A DNA stretch of 62,413 nt, counting the filler, from Choristocarpus tenellus KU-1152 (Eukaryota; Protista; Phaeophyceae), in assembly GCA_964200185.2 (NCBI GenBank). It is 12 parts of 12 records of this genome, joined end to end, with 100 filler letters (N's around TTAATTAATTAA, not from the genome) between each part and the next. Parts side by side here need not be neighbours in the genome. Positions count along the whole stretch, not along the records: positions 5,779 to 16,347 come from CAXNAD020002852.1; positions 16,448 to 19,129 come from CAXNAD020025686.1; positions 19,230 to 22,987 come from CAXNAD020018115.1; positions 23,088 to 26,400 come from CAXNAD020020877.1; 8 more parts are not named here. The stretch is one strand, 5' to 3'. Both the position numbers and the translations under genes were made by a program. The notes under the pieces are model-generated. The model ran no database searches, had not been told where the DNA came from, and saw only the letters and a program-made list of their open reading frames with translations. This document shows, one piece after another, positions 14,201-26,000 of the stretch; position 1 is the stretch's first letter, and each line of letters begins with the position of its first letter.

Positions 14201-15326
14201 GGGGAAGAGAGTAGGGTGTTCTCAGTTTCGAGAGGTTCTCAAGTCGGTATTCGGCCGGGTAAACGAAACATCAAACTATCGAGAAAAGCCCGGGCTGCTG
14301 CAGGTGTCGATGAGCCTAGCGGGCCACAGAGGATGACCAAGGACATGAGGATAAGAGAGAAAGAGAAGATTGCCGCAGCTGCCAGTTGGCAAAGGGGCAA
14401 CAAGAGGAAGATCCAACAGTTAGATGGAGGGGGAGGAGGGGGGGGGGTGATGGGGATGTTGGTGAGGGAGACAAAGGCCAATGCGGGTTTGGGGGAGGTG
14501 GCTAGAGTTGAGAGGGTAGGAATAGGAAGGGGGAAAAAAGGAGCCAGTGAAAAGAAGCTCAAGGCCATTGCTGCTGCTCGAGAGGTGAGTTAGAACCTTT
14601 GTGTATGTATGGATAGTTGATCTGGTCGAAGGTATTACTCTGCTTGCTGCCATGAGTTTTAATGTGTATTAGTGACGGCGCCGTTACCCACTGATTGGGG
14701 CAATGGCACCCCCCATGCTCATCCCCTCCCTACTTGAAAGCTTTGGTGATATGCTCGAATGTTGACCAGTTGAGTTTGTTCGACCTAGTTGGCCGCCGTG
14801 CTCATTCCCTTCCTACTTTGATTTTTGGTTGGGGTCTTGAATATCTACAAGTTGAACTTGTATAATACCTAGGTACATAATTAACCCTGAGTACCAGACA
14901 TCTAGCTTGATTATGATCTCACAACTGCTTGAAGGAGTGCAATGGTGCACCCACTAGCTTACCAATTTTAAGATAATGTTTTCATGATCTAACTTCATTA
15001 CATCGCTCGGGTCCATGTCTCCGTACATTGCAGGCCAAGAGGCTTAAAGTTGTGGCCAAGAGCTCTCGCTTGGCAGCCAATGCAGTTAGGGGAACCAAGG
15101 GAGTACCAGAATTTAAACGACCATTTGCTGCTGGATGCAATGCCTCTGGAATGGAGGAAGATAGATCAGAGCAAGGGTGGGAGGTGGAGGGAGACTGGGT
15201 GGAGGAGGAAGAGTGGTTAGACCAAGGTGAAGAGGTGGAAGAAGAGGAAGAAAGGGCTAACTGTGAGTTCGCAGATTGCCAAGGGAAGGCATCGTTCGGA
15301 CTGAGAGGAGGAGCAGCACGTTACTG
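5978..15326 (+). CDS. EsV-1-7 cysteine-rich repeat protein with an AT-hook (partial; both ends run toward gaps)
   Basis: Ten phase-consistent GT-AG exons: 5978-6190, 6820-7044, 9149-9452, 10306-10411, 11221-11353, 11690-11782, 12044-12109, 12577-12658, 13657-14584, 15034-15326. Spliced repeats CSIEGCLSHPNFGYDEDKIATRCGMHKEAGMVDVKSRR, CSREGCMVRPKYGFKGMPSVVCGAHKVAGMVS, CEHHGCTTQASYGLAGTQRPIFCSTHKEEDMVGLKNRP and CMYPGCDVRPHYGREGCRAEYCANHKEDYMVHVK fit the EsV-1-7 pattern C-x4-C-x3-(P/A)-x-(Y/F)G...C-x2-H-K-x3-MV. AT-hook KRGRGRPKK near 13940-13965. Confidence 0.9.
8578..8624. repeat. 9-bp tandem repeat (tctcatgcc) x5, intronic
   Basis: Read directly from the sequence. Confidence 0.9.
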
Positions 15327-16693
15327 GTGAGGGAAATAATATGCAGTAGATTGGTGAATGGATGGAGGGTTGAACATTATTGAAGTGATGAAATCAGTAC
15401 TGTGTAGAGAGAGTACCAAATTGCAGGAGAATCACACTCAGGTTGAAAAAGAACAATCAAAACCTCCCAAATTCAGCATCAATATTCCCCTTCTTGAACA
15501 ATTTAATACAACTTTTGCATATATCAATTTTATATTGCCACTTCAGCAAATGTGAGCTGACGTACAAGAAGTTATGCAAGCTATTGCTGAAGAGGGTTAC
15601 ATATTGTAGGCCCTCAACCTATATAGGAACTCCTTTACCTAATTGAACTTGTGGTGCATGAGACTAACAGGAACTTTCCCCTCACTTCCTCTGCACGCAC
15701 ACCTCCTTCTGCTGTGGTCTACTGGGCTGTGGACACAATTCTTATGTTAAACCCTCTTCTTGTTCAATGCAGTCAGATACACCGACTTTTTGGCATGGTG
15801 GCACTTTGACCTTGATCAATAGATGTATAGTTTTGGTGATCCAAAGCTGGTCCCCTTTCCTTGACTTGAATTTGGAACAAAGAAATTTGACCCTGAGCAT
15901 GTCAACATAGGAAAGCACAGACAACTCTGTATGCAGATTTTTTTTTGTGGGAAGGGTACTTTTTCGCAATAACATGTGATGTGGGTGGGTGGATGTTGTA
16001 GTTACTTATTATTGCTGAACTGTGGCTGTAGCACACCAGCTGGTCAAGTGAAGCCCTAAAACTTGAATTCAGTGACTGTCCCTCTGGTAGTTGAGTTTCC
16101 TCAATGTCCATGACGTATGCTTGTTCCATGGAAAAGTGATAAATTGGTCATGTGTTATTGTGAGAATTTACGTCACTGATGGTGTATCAATTTCTTCATT
16201 TATTGTCAGGCTGTTGAGATGTTTTTTGGATGTAGTTCCAGGTGCTCTCTGGCTTTTGGTTGGGTCTATGTTATTTCCCCTACCTCCCCCCCCCCCTCCC
16301 TATCTGCTTTTGGGTTGTTCCCTTGTCACTTTTTTTTGTTTTTTTCTNNNNNNNNNNNNNNNNNNNNNNNNNNNNNNNNNNNNNNNNNNNNTTAATTAAT
16401 TAANNNNNNNNNNNNNNNNNNNNNNNNNNNNNNNNNNNNNNNNNNNNTTGAACAAAAATATGAAAATAGGGTGTATTGCACAGGGGTTACAAAAAAAAAA
16501 GATGCAACTGCAAAACAAGCAAAACATGTGCTCCATACTCTACCCCAAACCCTAAAATCTGAAACCACACTTGTTAGAATATGTACTCAAGGATATTTTC
16601 AGGAGAATAAAAAGAATACTACTACTACTACTACTACTACTACTACAAATAATAATAATAATAAGATTTATCAGGAGCATTTGTTCACTGCAC

Positions 16694-18455
16694 CTCCAGG
16701 ATGATCTGCATAGTCCGGACGGCCTATTTGAGAAGGGACCTGTCTCCAAGGTGTTCTTGCATGTGGACGAAGCTTCCCTGTGAAGGAGAAGCCTGAAAAC
16801 TCTCTCGGCATCCCCCTTTCATGTCGTGCATCAACCACACAGCGTCATACAACGGCATGACAGAAGAAGCATTGTATAGCAAGTCAATGCTCTCATCAGG
16901 AATATTGTTCCAACAAAGGGGATGAAATGGGGAAGGGTAAGCTCTGGTGGGGGCGAGCTTCCTCACAAATACAATCGCGCCAATATTTTAACTGGGGGGG
17001 GGAGGGGTGGTTAGGAGGAAAAGGGGCTTTCTTTAGCTCGGAAAAGGCTGCAGTTGCCCATAGCCGTACCACTAACCTAAGTTAATCTAAACCCTTTTTT
17101 CAATTGATGGGTATACAAGTCAAGGCATGCAAAAAAGGATGTTCCTGTACAGATGCAAAAAACGATAATGAAATTCCCAATGCATAGGATCAGGACTGCC
17201 TTTGCTCGTGCAAATCATGTCAGTATCAAAATAGAGATGGTTAAACCATATCCTTCCATGTTAGGTCATAGTCCGCTACTTGCGTTTCACTAAACAGCGA
17301 AATTGCAACATCTCAGCTCACCCCAAGACACTTCCCCCAGACATAATCTGCTTTGCCAGCTTATGCAGAGCCTTGTGCTGCGGCCAGTGGCCCTTGAAGC
17401 ACTCCTGTGCACCATTGTCATTCATTCGAAAGGAGGATTGCGGTGAAGGGGAGAGGGGTTACAAGGCACAACGAACATAGCTAGAGATAACGAAAGTCTT
17501 GCGATTCAGCTCGATTCGATTTGAGCTGTTGTATTATAAACACGACGCAATTGTCTGGGGATTCCGACAGTTATTAAGACAAAAGGGTTTGGGGGTTGGT
17601 ATATCTTTGTCGATGTGATTATTATGGGAGCAAAGTGCGTAGGGTGTGTTCACTGTAACGGTTTATTAACAGTCAGTTCATGAATACGAACATCTCAGTA
17701 TGGACTATTGCTATACATTGCTGGGCACCCGCGAAATTTTCTGTCTTCTAGAATGGGAGTTCAGGTTGTGTCACTCTCTACAGAGCAAAAGTGAGCATTG
17801 CCTTGCACTTGCTCCTGTTGAGAGGGAACAAGTAAGACGTGTCTTTCAAGCACATTAGGAAATGGTCGGATATTATGTCACACGCACCCTTTCCATGATA
17901 CTTGGTACTAGAAATGTGGAATATACCATTAAAATGTTATTTGAGGAGAACTCGCGATGTGAAACTCATCTCAACCCCCTTGAGTGTATCCATTGGCAAA
18001 GGCGAATTCGGGGCTGTAAATGTATCTACTGTGAATGTCAATGACAAAAGAAGCATACGAAATTGGTCTATCGTTAGACCTATGGTACGGCAAGCACATG
18101 TGTGAGAGATATGAGGGTGTGCACGAAAGGGCTTGTGTGATATAGTTGGCAAGGTGCAGGGCCTTGAGTACTTCTCTTCTGTGTGACCGCACTATCGAGT
18201 TCAAGTTGATATTCTGGGGTAGGTCAGTTAAGCTACCCTTGAACAATGTGACACGGTCGAAGTGCGAGATAGATGGGGATATAAGGGCGAGGCATCGCTC
18301 ATCTCGACGTAGAGGTATATGGTGGACACCTGAGAGCAGTAGCGGCTGGGAGGGAGTCTAAGCTTGATACACGTAGGGCAGGTCATCGAACCAGTCTTGC
18401 CACAGTTTGGAGTCTCGCAAATGCTGCTACGGGAGCTGGCATCCTTGGAAGACAT
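16694..18455 (-). CDS. METAP1: Methionine aminopeptidase 1, N-terminal zinc finger and linker (first three exons; catalytic domain beyond the gap)
   Basis: Exons 18330-18455, 17322-17404 and 16694-16815 splice in phase to [42 protein letters not shown]|[28 protein letters not shown]|[40 protein letters not shown]. This is the C6H2 finger plus the FTGxLRP...RPDYADHP linker typical of MetAP1. Confidence 0.93.
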
Positions 18456-19339
18456 GGTGCTCCAAGAAAAGAGCACACCACTGCAACTCGATGATGACGA
18501 TGACAGGAGCGATACGTGTTGTGTGAAGGGTTGGGAAGGTTCAATCGCGCGCTCATCAACCACATGCGCGCGAAACAGGTCTTTTGGAAAGTTAAAGTGA
18601 AGAAATAATTTGACACATATATTATTACCGTACAAATTGAACACCAACGAAAAGACCGACCTGGGGGGGTTTGAATATTACGTACTAATGTAGAACTTAC
18701 TTAGAATATCCGTAGGTTGGTTGTTGTACCACCATTAATACATGCTACTAATACATTTCTAAGAACCAATACCTCTACCTCCTACTATACCTACTATACC
18801 TGTGATTTTGTCCATCATATTTATTTATTTTGTCCATTACAGTACCTACCCCGATTTTATACTAACTATTATGAACCAAACCCATTTTTGTACCGCTTTT
18901 TTCGACATACAAAAAAAAATAGGCTTTTGTACCGGAGTTCTCGGGCGACTTGGTACAAACTCCCAGAGATTTTCACGCGAGTTTGGCGCGCGCGCAATTA
19001 TTTCTCGCGAAAAGTGCCTTTCTTCCTGGTAGGGGAATAAAGTGGAAGCCATGACTTGTGCCGCGCGAAACCTTTGCAAGATGCCTTCAAATACACCGTG
19101 TCCCCCTTTCTACACAATCCACAAGTGCCNNNNNNNNNNNNNNNNNNNNNNNNNNNNNNNNNNNNNNNNNNNNTTAATTAATTAANNNNNNNNNNNNNNN
19201 NNNNNNNNNNNNNNNNNNNNNNNNNNNNNGTGATTTGGTTGCATACGTCGGATGGAGACTGTAAATGAACTTTTCCTGATTTTGGTCCAAATGGAGACCC
19301 TGGTCTAGACCCCCCCTCCCCTCCCAGATACTTTGGGTC

Positions 19340-19770
19340 TTGGATATTCCGAACGATGCCTTGAAAAACTGCTTACAGACGGGAATGCTGGCCGTGAGCA
19401 TAGATCCGCCTCCAGGTCCCAACTTAACCACAGGTACACGGTCGCCAACGAAGTGCTTGGGATCGTGGCGGTTCTAACACGCCCGGATGATGTCCTGCTC
19501 TTTGGCCAATGTGCGTGCAAGGAAGGACTCGCTATCTGCCACGAAATTCTTCACACAGGCTAAGCACTTGCAGCAGTCACCCTGTTCGTTGACGGGGATG
19601 GGTTCAGCCCATCCTCGGCGAAGCTTGGTACCGGTCGCTGAAGCATCATTGGTAGAAAGCTCCCGCGCATCGTTGTTGGTGGGCTGGTGAGGGGGCAACA
19701 AAGGGGGAGACGCAGGCGACAAAAGCCACCCCCTTGCTGTGGAAGCAACTGTCATGCTGTTTTCGGGCAA
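19340..19770 (-). pseudogene. N-terminal segment of a Sola-type transposase, with one in-frame stop, cut by a family-B MITE at 19339
   Basis: ORFs 19474-19770 and 19174-19431 share a frame, giving ...GDCCKCLACVKNF...IIRAC*NRHDPKHFVGDRVPVVKLGPGGGSMLTASIPVCKQFFKASFGISK. A Cys cluster followed by VCxxFFxxxxGIS resembles the N-terminal region of Sola transposases. Confidence 0.65.
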
Positions 19771-19832
19771 CAGGTGGTCTTGGGCAGTGAGAAGGTCTAG
19801 GAGTGATTAGATTCGAAGGCGGGCGTATGAAC

Positions 19833-20775
19833 TTTATTTGAGCTCCGGGCTATCCGTGGGACCACCCTGAGATGAGCCAAAGTATCTTAGAGGGTAGAGC
19901 CACGTCCATTTGGGGGTCAAAATCCAATATTACGATCTTGATGTAATTTTGACTATCGTGTTTGTTAGGAAGTTTCAATATCTATGTTTCGGACACACGT
20001 TTTCATAACGTATACATTTTATCTACCCCTAAACATTTTGGAGTAGCAAAATGTAATAAAAATAAACATGGGAAGCCAACCCCCAAATGGACAAACAGGG
20101 CAAAACTTGTACCCTCTAAGATACTTTCACTCAGATCCATGATCCTGAAAATCCGTGCGTTATTTTTTTCGGAAGTTGTAAATCCGTACTTACAAATTTT
20201 TAAAAGTACAAATCACATACTTAATTGATACCGTACGTTTCCAATGTTCCGAAACCAAGTTTGTTTGAGCTCCTGCTATCTGTGGGACCACCCTGAGTTT
20301 CATGATCCTGAAAATCCGTGTATTACGGTTTTCGGAAGTTGTAAATCCGATTATATCCGTACTTTCTAATATTTTAAAATACAAAGCACATACTTAGTTG
20401 ATATTGTACGTTTCCAATATTCCGAAACCAACTTTGTTTGAGCTCCGGCTATCCGTGGGACCACCCTGAGATCCATGATCCTGAAAATCCGTGTATTACG
20501 GTTTTCGGAAGTTGTAAATCCGATTATATCTGTATTTACAAATTTTTAAAATACAAAGCAAATACTTAATTGATATTGTACGTTTCCAATGTTCCAAAAC
20601 CAACTTTGTTTGAACTCCGGGCGATCCGTGGGCTAACCCTGAGATCCATGATCCTGAAAATCCGTGCATTACGGTTATCAGAAGTTGGAAATCCGATTAT
20701 ACCTGTACTTACCATTTTTTAAAATACAAAACATACTTGATTGATCTTGTACGTTTCTAATGTTCAGAAACCAAA
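19833..20775. repeat. Tandem array of four units of about 172 bp (first unit split by a MITE)
   Basis: The unit start tttgtttgagctccggctatccgtgggaccaccctgagatccatgatcctgaaaatccgtg recurs at about 19833, 20260, 20433 and 20605. Confidence 0.92.
19874..20132 (+). mobile_element. MITE family A, 259 bp, TSD AGAT
   Basis: TIRs GAGCCAAAGTATCTTAGAGGGTA...TACCCTCTAAGATACTTTCACTC. AGAT at 19870-19873 and 20133-20136. The empty site ccctgAGATccatg is visible in neighbouring array units. Confidence 0.95.
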
Positions 20776-20849
20776 AGGTAAAAAAAAAGTGGCACCCTCT
20801 AATTTTTTGAAGTACAAAATCTTAAATTGTTGGGTATTTGCATTCTTCA

Positions 20850-21230
20850 AAATACTAGAGACGACAAAACGCGGTTCAATGGGTTTATCAGATCCGATCG
20901 GATCCGCTAAACCCTTGAACACCCAAAACACGTGCGTTAGGATTTTTAGAAATAGTAAATCCAGTAATAACCGTTCTTACTATTTTTGAAAATACTTAGC
21001 ACACACATTATGGGTCTCACACGTTTCCAATTTTCAGAAACTAAAGGGTCACTTCCAACTGATACCCACAATTTATTTAAATACTAAAACCGATTTTTGG
21101 CGACGTGAGTATTAAAAAAATAGTAGAGATGACAAAAAAGTGGATCTAGAGTTTTAAAGATCCGATCTGATCTTCTAACCCCTTGCAGACCCAAAACACG
21201 TGCGTTAGGGATTTTACGAAATAAGAATAA
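20850..21230. repeat. Degenerate direct duplication of about 100 bp containing a long palindrome
   Basis: tagagacgacaaaa...gatccgatcggatc...cccaaaacacgtgcgttagg at about 20856-20950 is repeated at about 21124-21220. Confidence 0.75.
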
Positions 21231-21281
21231 TATTCTAATCTTTATATCAACAAATACAATTACAAACCACATCCTTCATTG

Positions 21282-21540
21282 GAGCCAAAGTATCTTAGAG
21301 GGTAGAACCACGTCCATTTGGGGGTCAAAATCCAATGTTGTAATTTTGATGTAATCTTGACTATAATTTTTATAAGATGTCAATATCCTTGTTCCGGATA
21401 CCCTTTTCAATAGCGTATACATTTTACCTACTCCAAAATATTATTTTGGAGTAGGTAGAATGCCATTAAAAACATGTGGGCAGTTAAGCCCCAAATGGAC
21501 AAACAGGGAAAAAATTGTACCCGCTAAGATACATTCACGC
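21282..21540 (+). mobile_element. MITE family A, 259 bp, TSD ATTG
   Basis: Same TIRs and body; ATTG at 21278-21281 and 21541-21544. Confidence 0.93.
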
Positions 21541-21825
21541 ATTGATGATAGATCCAATACGTTTGAAACGTATGAAACGAAAAGGTCACAAAAAACTGTT
21601 ACTCTCTGTCTCTTTCCAATATGAAATCGTATGCTGCTCGATATTCGTATTTTTTATGACACAATTGTCAACGGAAAGACAAATCTGAGTTTTGAGGATC
21701 GACCGACCAGATGAAACAAAGCAGCACCTCCCATCCCTCAGTCCTCATTTCAATTCATTTCCTTCAGTACATACCACGTGCACCTGTTATTTATCGATCC
21801 CCGTCACACCCTCCCAACCTTCGCC

Positions 21826-22724
21826 ATGTCCAGCATTCTCTCAACAACAACCCGCCTGCCCGCCGATGGCGCTGCCCACGGATCAAGAACGTGGGACAGC
21901 AATCTGAAGGGCATGCCCTCGCTCCTAGAATATCACTACCTCGGCACGTACCAGATGAAACTCGGCAACATCATATGCACGGAGACGGTGTGTCCACTGA
22001 GCGAGCGTGGCCTTGCGCGCGTCAGCAAGTCTATCCACGAGAAAGGCTGGCTGGAGCAGTTTGCTCTGTCTGTCGTAATCCAGCGAGACTCTTTAGGTAA
22101 TGGGTACTAGCTTACCGCCGAAACTGCGCTTGCCATTCAAGGACGTACACAGGACGGAAACCATAGAATAACGGTGCTGAAGAGAGAGTTGATCCCGAAC
22201 GTGCTTTCATGATGCAGGTCTACATGGAGTTCAACCAAGCAGAAGAGAGGCTAATTGCCAATGGTGGTTGATGGAGTGTTGTCGTTGTTCCATGATCGCC
22301 TGACTATTCTGATCAACTAAGCAACAAAGTAAGTTGAGTGTTTTCGTTGTTCCACGAACGCCTGACGACTCTTCTGATGTACGAAGTTGTTGCCGAGTTT
22401 CCTTTGTTTGGTTCATCGTCAGTCGGCCCATTGAGGATCTTTTCGTTTTTGGTCTTTTTTATCCCTCGTGGTCTTTCTGTCCACAGCAACATGTGACTCA
22501 GCACTGCATGCCGCGTGTGTACCGCGACCGCTTCCCACCTAACCCTTGTCCCATTCGCCCACTGCACCGCCACGCTTATAGCATTCAATGACGCGACCGA
22601 GAGTGTGGTCGAGCGCGCGCTGTACGATAAGATATATTTTCAGCACGAGCTCAAAGAAGCTATCAAGCAACAGACGAAGAAAAAAGACGTGTCACTAATA
22701 GAGATCCACAAAATGTACAAAAAG
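21826..22724 (+). pseudogene. Spliced ParB/Sulfiredoxin-fold (ParB N-terminal-like) gene, disabled by a stop and a frameshift; 3' end lost at the gap
   Basis: From ATG 21826: ...PLSERGLARVSKSIHEKGWLEQFALSVVIQRDSLGNGY*LTAETALAIQGRTQDGNHRITVLKRE. DGNHR lies at 22153-22167, in frame past TAG 22108-22110. After a 1-nt frameshift near 22190 the reading is DPERAFMMQVYMEFNQAEERLIAN, then an intron (weak donor at 22264), then exon 22582-22724 AFNDATESVVERALYDKIYFQHELKEAIKQQTKKKDVSLIEIHKMYKK|gtgagg. The order helix-SI-x3-G, strand, DGxHR, strand, helix with N matches ParB/Srx. Confidence 0.7.
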
Positions 22725-23087
22725 GTGAGGGAGTTGTCAACGTTGGTGGGATGGTGGCACTCTACTCCTCCTCTAGTTGGGTTACAGCTGTTGTGAAATC
22801 TCTCTGTGTCCTCCTATTCAACCTAAGTTGAGATAGTTATCCCGCGTTTAGGAACCCTGTCAACCAACTTATTGATTTTCGGGTGACAATGTAGTATGTA
22901 TGTGTGGTTAACCACAGACGTACAATAAAAAGCGTCCTTGTTTGTTTTATCGACGGTGTTGCCTGAACCCCCCCCCCCCCCCCCCCCNNNNNNNNNNNNN
23001 NNNNNNNNNNNNNNNNNNNNNNNNNNNNNNNTTAATTAATTAANNNNNNNNNNNNNNNNNNNNNNNNNNNNNNNNNNNNNNNNNNNN

Positions 23088-26000
23088 ATGGGTCCGAAGC
23101 GAGACCTGGTGATGTCCTGGATAGACTACTGGGCTGATACATACGGGCAGTTCATGCATCACAAGTCAACAATTGTGATCTACGCCGCGAACAAACAGGT
23201 CGGTTTTGCCCTTAGTTGTGGAGAGGTTGGCTGCACCCTGTGTTGGAGTTAGATGCAAACCGTGTGACCCGGCAGTACGTAGAAAAGGTGGATCTAAGTA
23301 GTATTTCGAGTGGTGGATGTTCATTACCTTGACCAGTTTGATATTATGGTTAAAAGAACATGTCAAGATTCCTACAAAGTGCTATCTTTTTTGTTTGCTA
23401 TGTCAATATATCAATATTCATTATAATACTCGTTGTCGATTTTACGAAGGAAGACACAATAAATGTTATTTCAACGCCGAGCACGCATACTCTGCGGCCC
23501 CAGGCCCGGTCTGAAATTGGTAGGAAAAGTGTGTACTTCGTATGTCCAAAGCGCTTCGCGATGATGATGATGACGGTAGATTCGCCTCCTTTGTCGCCTC
23601 TGCAAACGGCAGCGAGGCCCGAACCGAATGACGCTCATGGCAGATTTAATCAGATTGTTGTATCTGCTCTTTCGTAACGCACAATGCAAGCTTGCTTGAT
23701 CATGTCTTCGGTGTTCTTGGTCAAATTATAGGTCAGCCCGCCTTCGAGAGATGTTGCAGGGGTGTTCTTCGAGTGTTCCTTCTCAATACCTCCTCACTTG
23801 CCCACACAACCAACATTTTTAATTAGGAGCTATACAAGGATTTTTGCAAAGAGGCAATACGGGTGTATCCTGACGACCCTTCCAAGCGGGTAAGCAAGGA
23901 GTACTTCCTCCGATTGCTAAGAGAGGACAGGCCCAACATCCGGGTGAGGGTAGGAGGCGAGTTTATGAAATGTGACATATGTGTCACGTTAAAAGAGAAG
24001 CGGCACGGTGCGCCTGGTGTAAAACCCATGAACGACTCCACCGTCCTCGAGTCCATCGATAAGAAGCTGTCAGACCATCGACAGGTAGGTGTCCAGTGTT
24101 AATTTTGCAACAAGGGTACAGTGACAACATGTCATCGTCATTGCCCTCTGTTTTGAAGTAAATCCGTATCCTTTTGCGAATGAAGACTCCCACGTAGGTA
24201 TTTGTGGCAGCAGCAGCAGTAGCCTCACTCACCACAAAACTTGCTGTTATTAGCTGCCCAAACATCTTGTAAGACAGACTGCCTCCTGATAGTGTACCAC
24301 GGGCTGTGGGAGGGACAGGTCATGTAGTGGTCTTCCGGCCCGGTACGTGCGTACTTCCTACCATCCCGATAACTTGGTGTTTGTCTTGAACGCAGCAATA
24401 AAGAACATATCCCAATACAAACATATATTGTTACCCAGACTACATTTTGTTAGTAACCCTAACCTGATACGTGTTAACAAGTGGCACTTTTTTTTTAAGC
24501 TTTGAGCAGATTTATTTGATTAATTGACGTGATGTTGCTGTCCCCCATTCGCCAGATTATCCAAACGGATCGGCTGGTCATCACCAACAGCACCAGCAAC
24601 GCCATGCGGGCCAAAGCCGACGGTAAACCTCTCGGCTTCGTGTTCATGTCCGTAGGCGCCGCGAACCAGACAGCACACTCCCTCCCAGCACTTTACCCAC
24701 CTAACCACGGCGGTGACAGGTAACCACACGCACGCCTAGTCCATCCAACAAGAACTTTGCAGCCGCACACGGAACAGAATAGACGACCATGTTTTATTCT
24801 ACGGATGAGTGCAAAGTTCCAAGAAATAATCGCCAAAACAAAAGTACATACTTCCACTACCTATTCAATTCATCATGATGACCTTTCTTTAGATGTTCCT
24901 TTCGTTCATGTCCCCCTTATCAGGGGCTACTCCGAGCGCCAGAAGATCATGGCCGCACACGTCGAAGGCCAGTTCGCGGAGGTGTTCTTCACTCCTATCA
25001 ATCTTGGAGGAGGTATGTACTGTAGAGTAGCGTAAGAGCTAACCAATGGGTAGTGGAGATCGTAGACATGTACATCACCGTATGGGTGTATGTCCTCTAC
25101 ATTGCATAAACAAATTACATTACCCCTCTTATTAGCTCCAAACAAACAATTCGTAAATGAGCAGAGTACTTTTTGCCAACAGTTGTTGAACATCATTGTT
25201 CGCGCAGGTTGTAACCTTGTCTGCACAGCCCCCCACCTTGCCCTCACAAGGCTTATCAACAAGTACCGCAACAGCCTAGATGACTCGGGGAATTGCATCA
25301 TTCGGCACGCGCATTGGCAGGTAAGAAGGTTTCATCTTGACACGACCTACTCAACACATACTCGCTGAATACCAGTCACCAAGTAACTAACTGCACGGTC
25401 TTTAGTTTTGGTTTGTGTATTGCAACCTGCATGTATTATGGCGGTGATGTAGAGATTGCGCTCTAGCAATACTGGAAACCTACCCTGTTCCTCCACGAAA
25501 CGCGGCGAAAGGGGCTGACATATTGGCCTCACGCCCATCCCTCCCTCGCTCCCAACTCTCCCAACTGGCCAGGTCGACAACTGCGTCTCAGAGAACAAGA
25601 ACAATTTCTTTCTCAGATACGCGGGGCTGTTGTTTGCGGCGAGTGTCATTCATGTGGTCGAGATACATTTTATGACGGTGGGGCACACACATATCAAAAT
25701 CGATCAGATCTTCTCCAGGTAATTAGGCAAGATATGCAAGTTCGATAGCCACATATTGTTATTCTATGGACAGATACAGCCTCGAGTCTTGCAGCTCACG
25801 CTTGTTGCATTCCTGGAAGGTTAATGGTCGTACGCTGTAATCGATCGATTGGCTTTTGATTTCCCCACAACGAAATTTAACGATAAGAGCAGCTGCCAAA
25901 ACTGTTTCTTAACATACCCTCGAAACAAAACAATGAAAAAAAATGCACGCATCACCCAATTGGTATATTGATTTTTCCATATACATGCATCAGAGCATGT

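Noticed and set aside
18975-19015. E2F-like sites (TTTGGCGC) about 530 bp upstream of METAP1
   Set aside because: A short motif in CG-rich sequence beside a gap, with no comparative support.
19833-20775. Possible CRISPR-like array
   Set aside because: Whole 172-bp units are repeated with no unique spacers, and no cas-like ORF is present.
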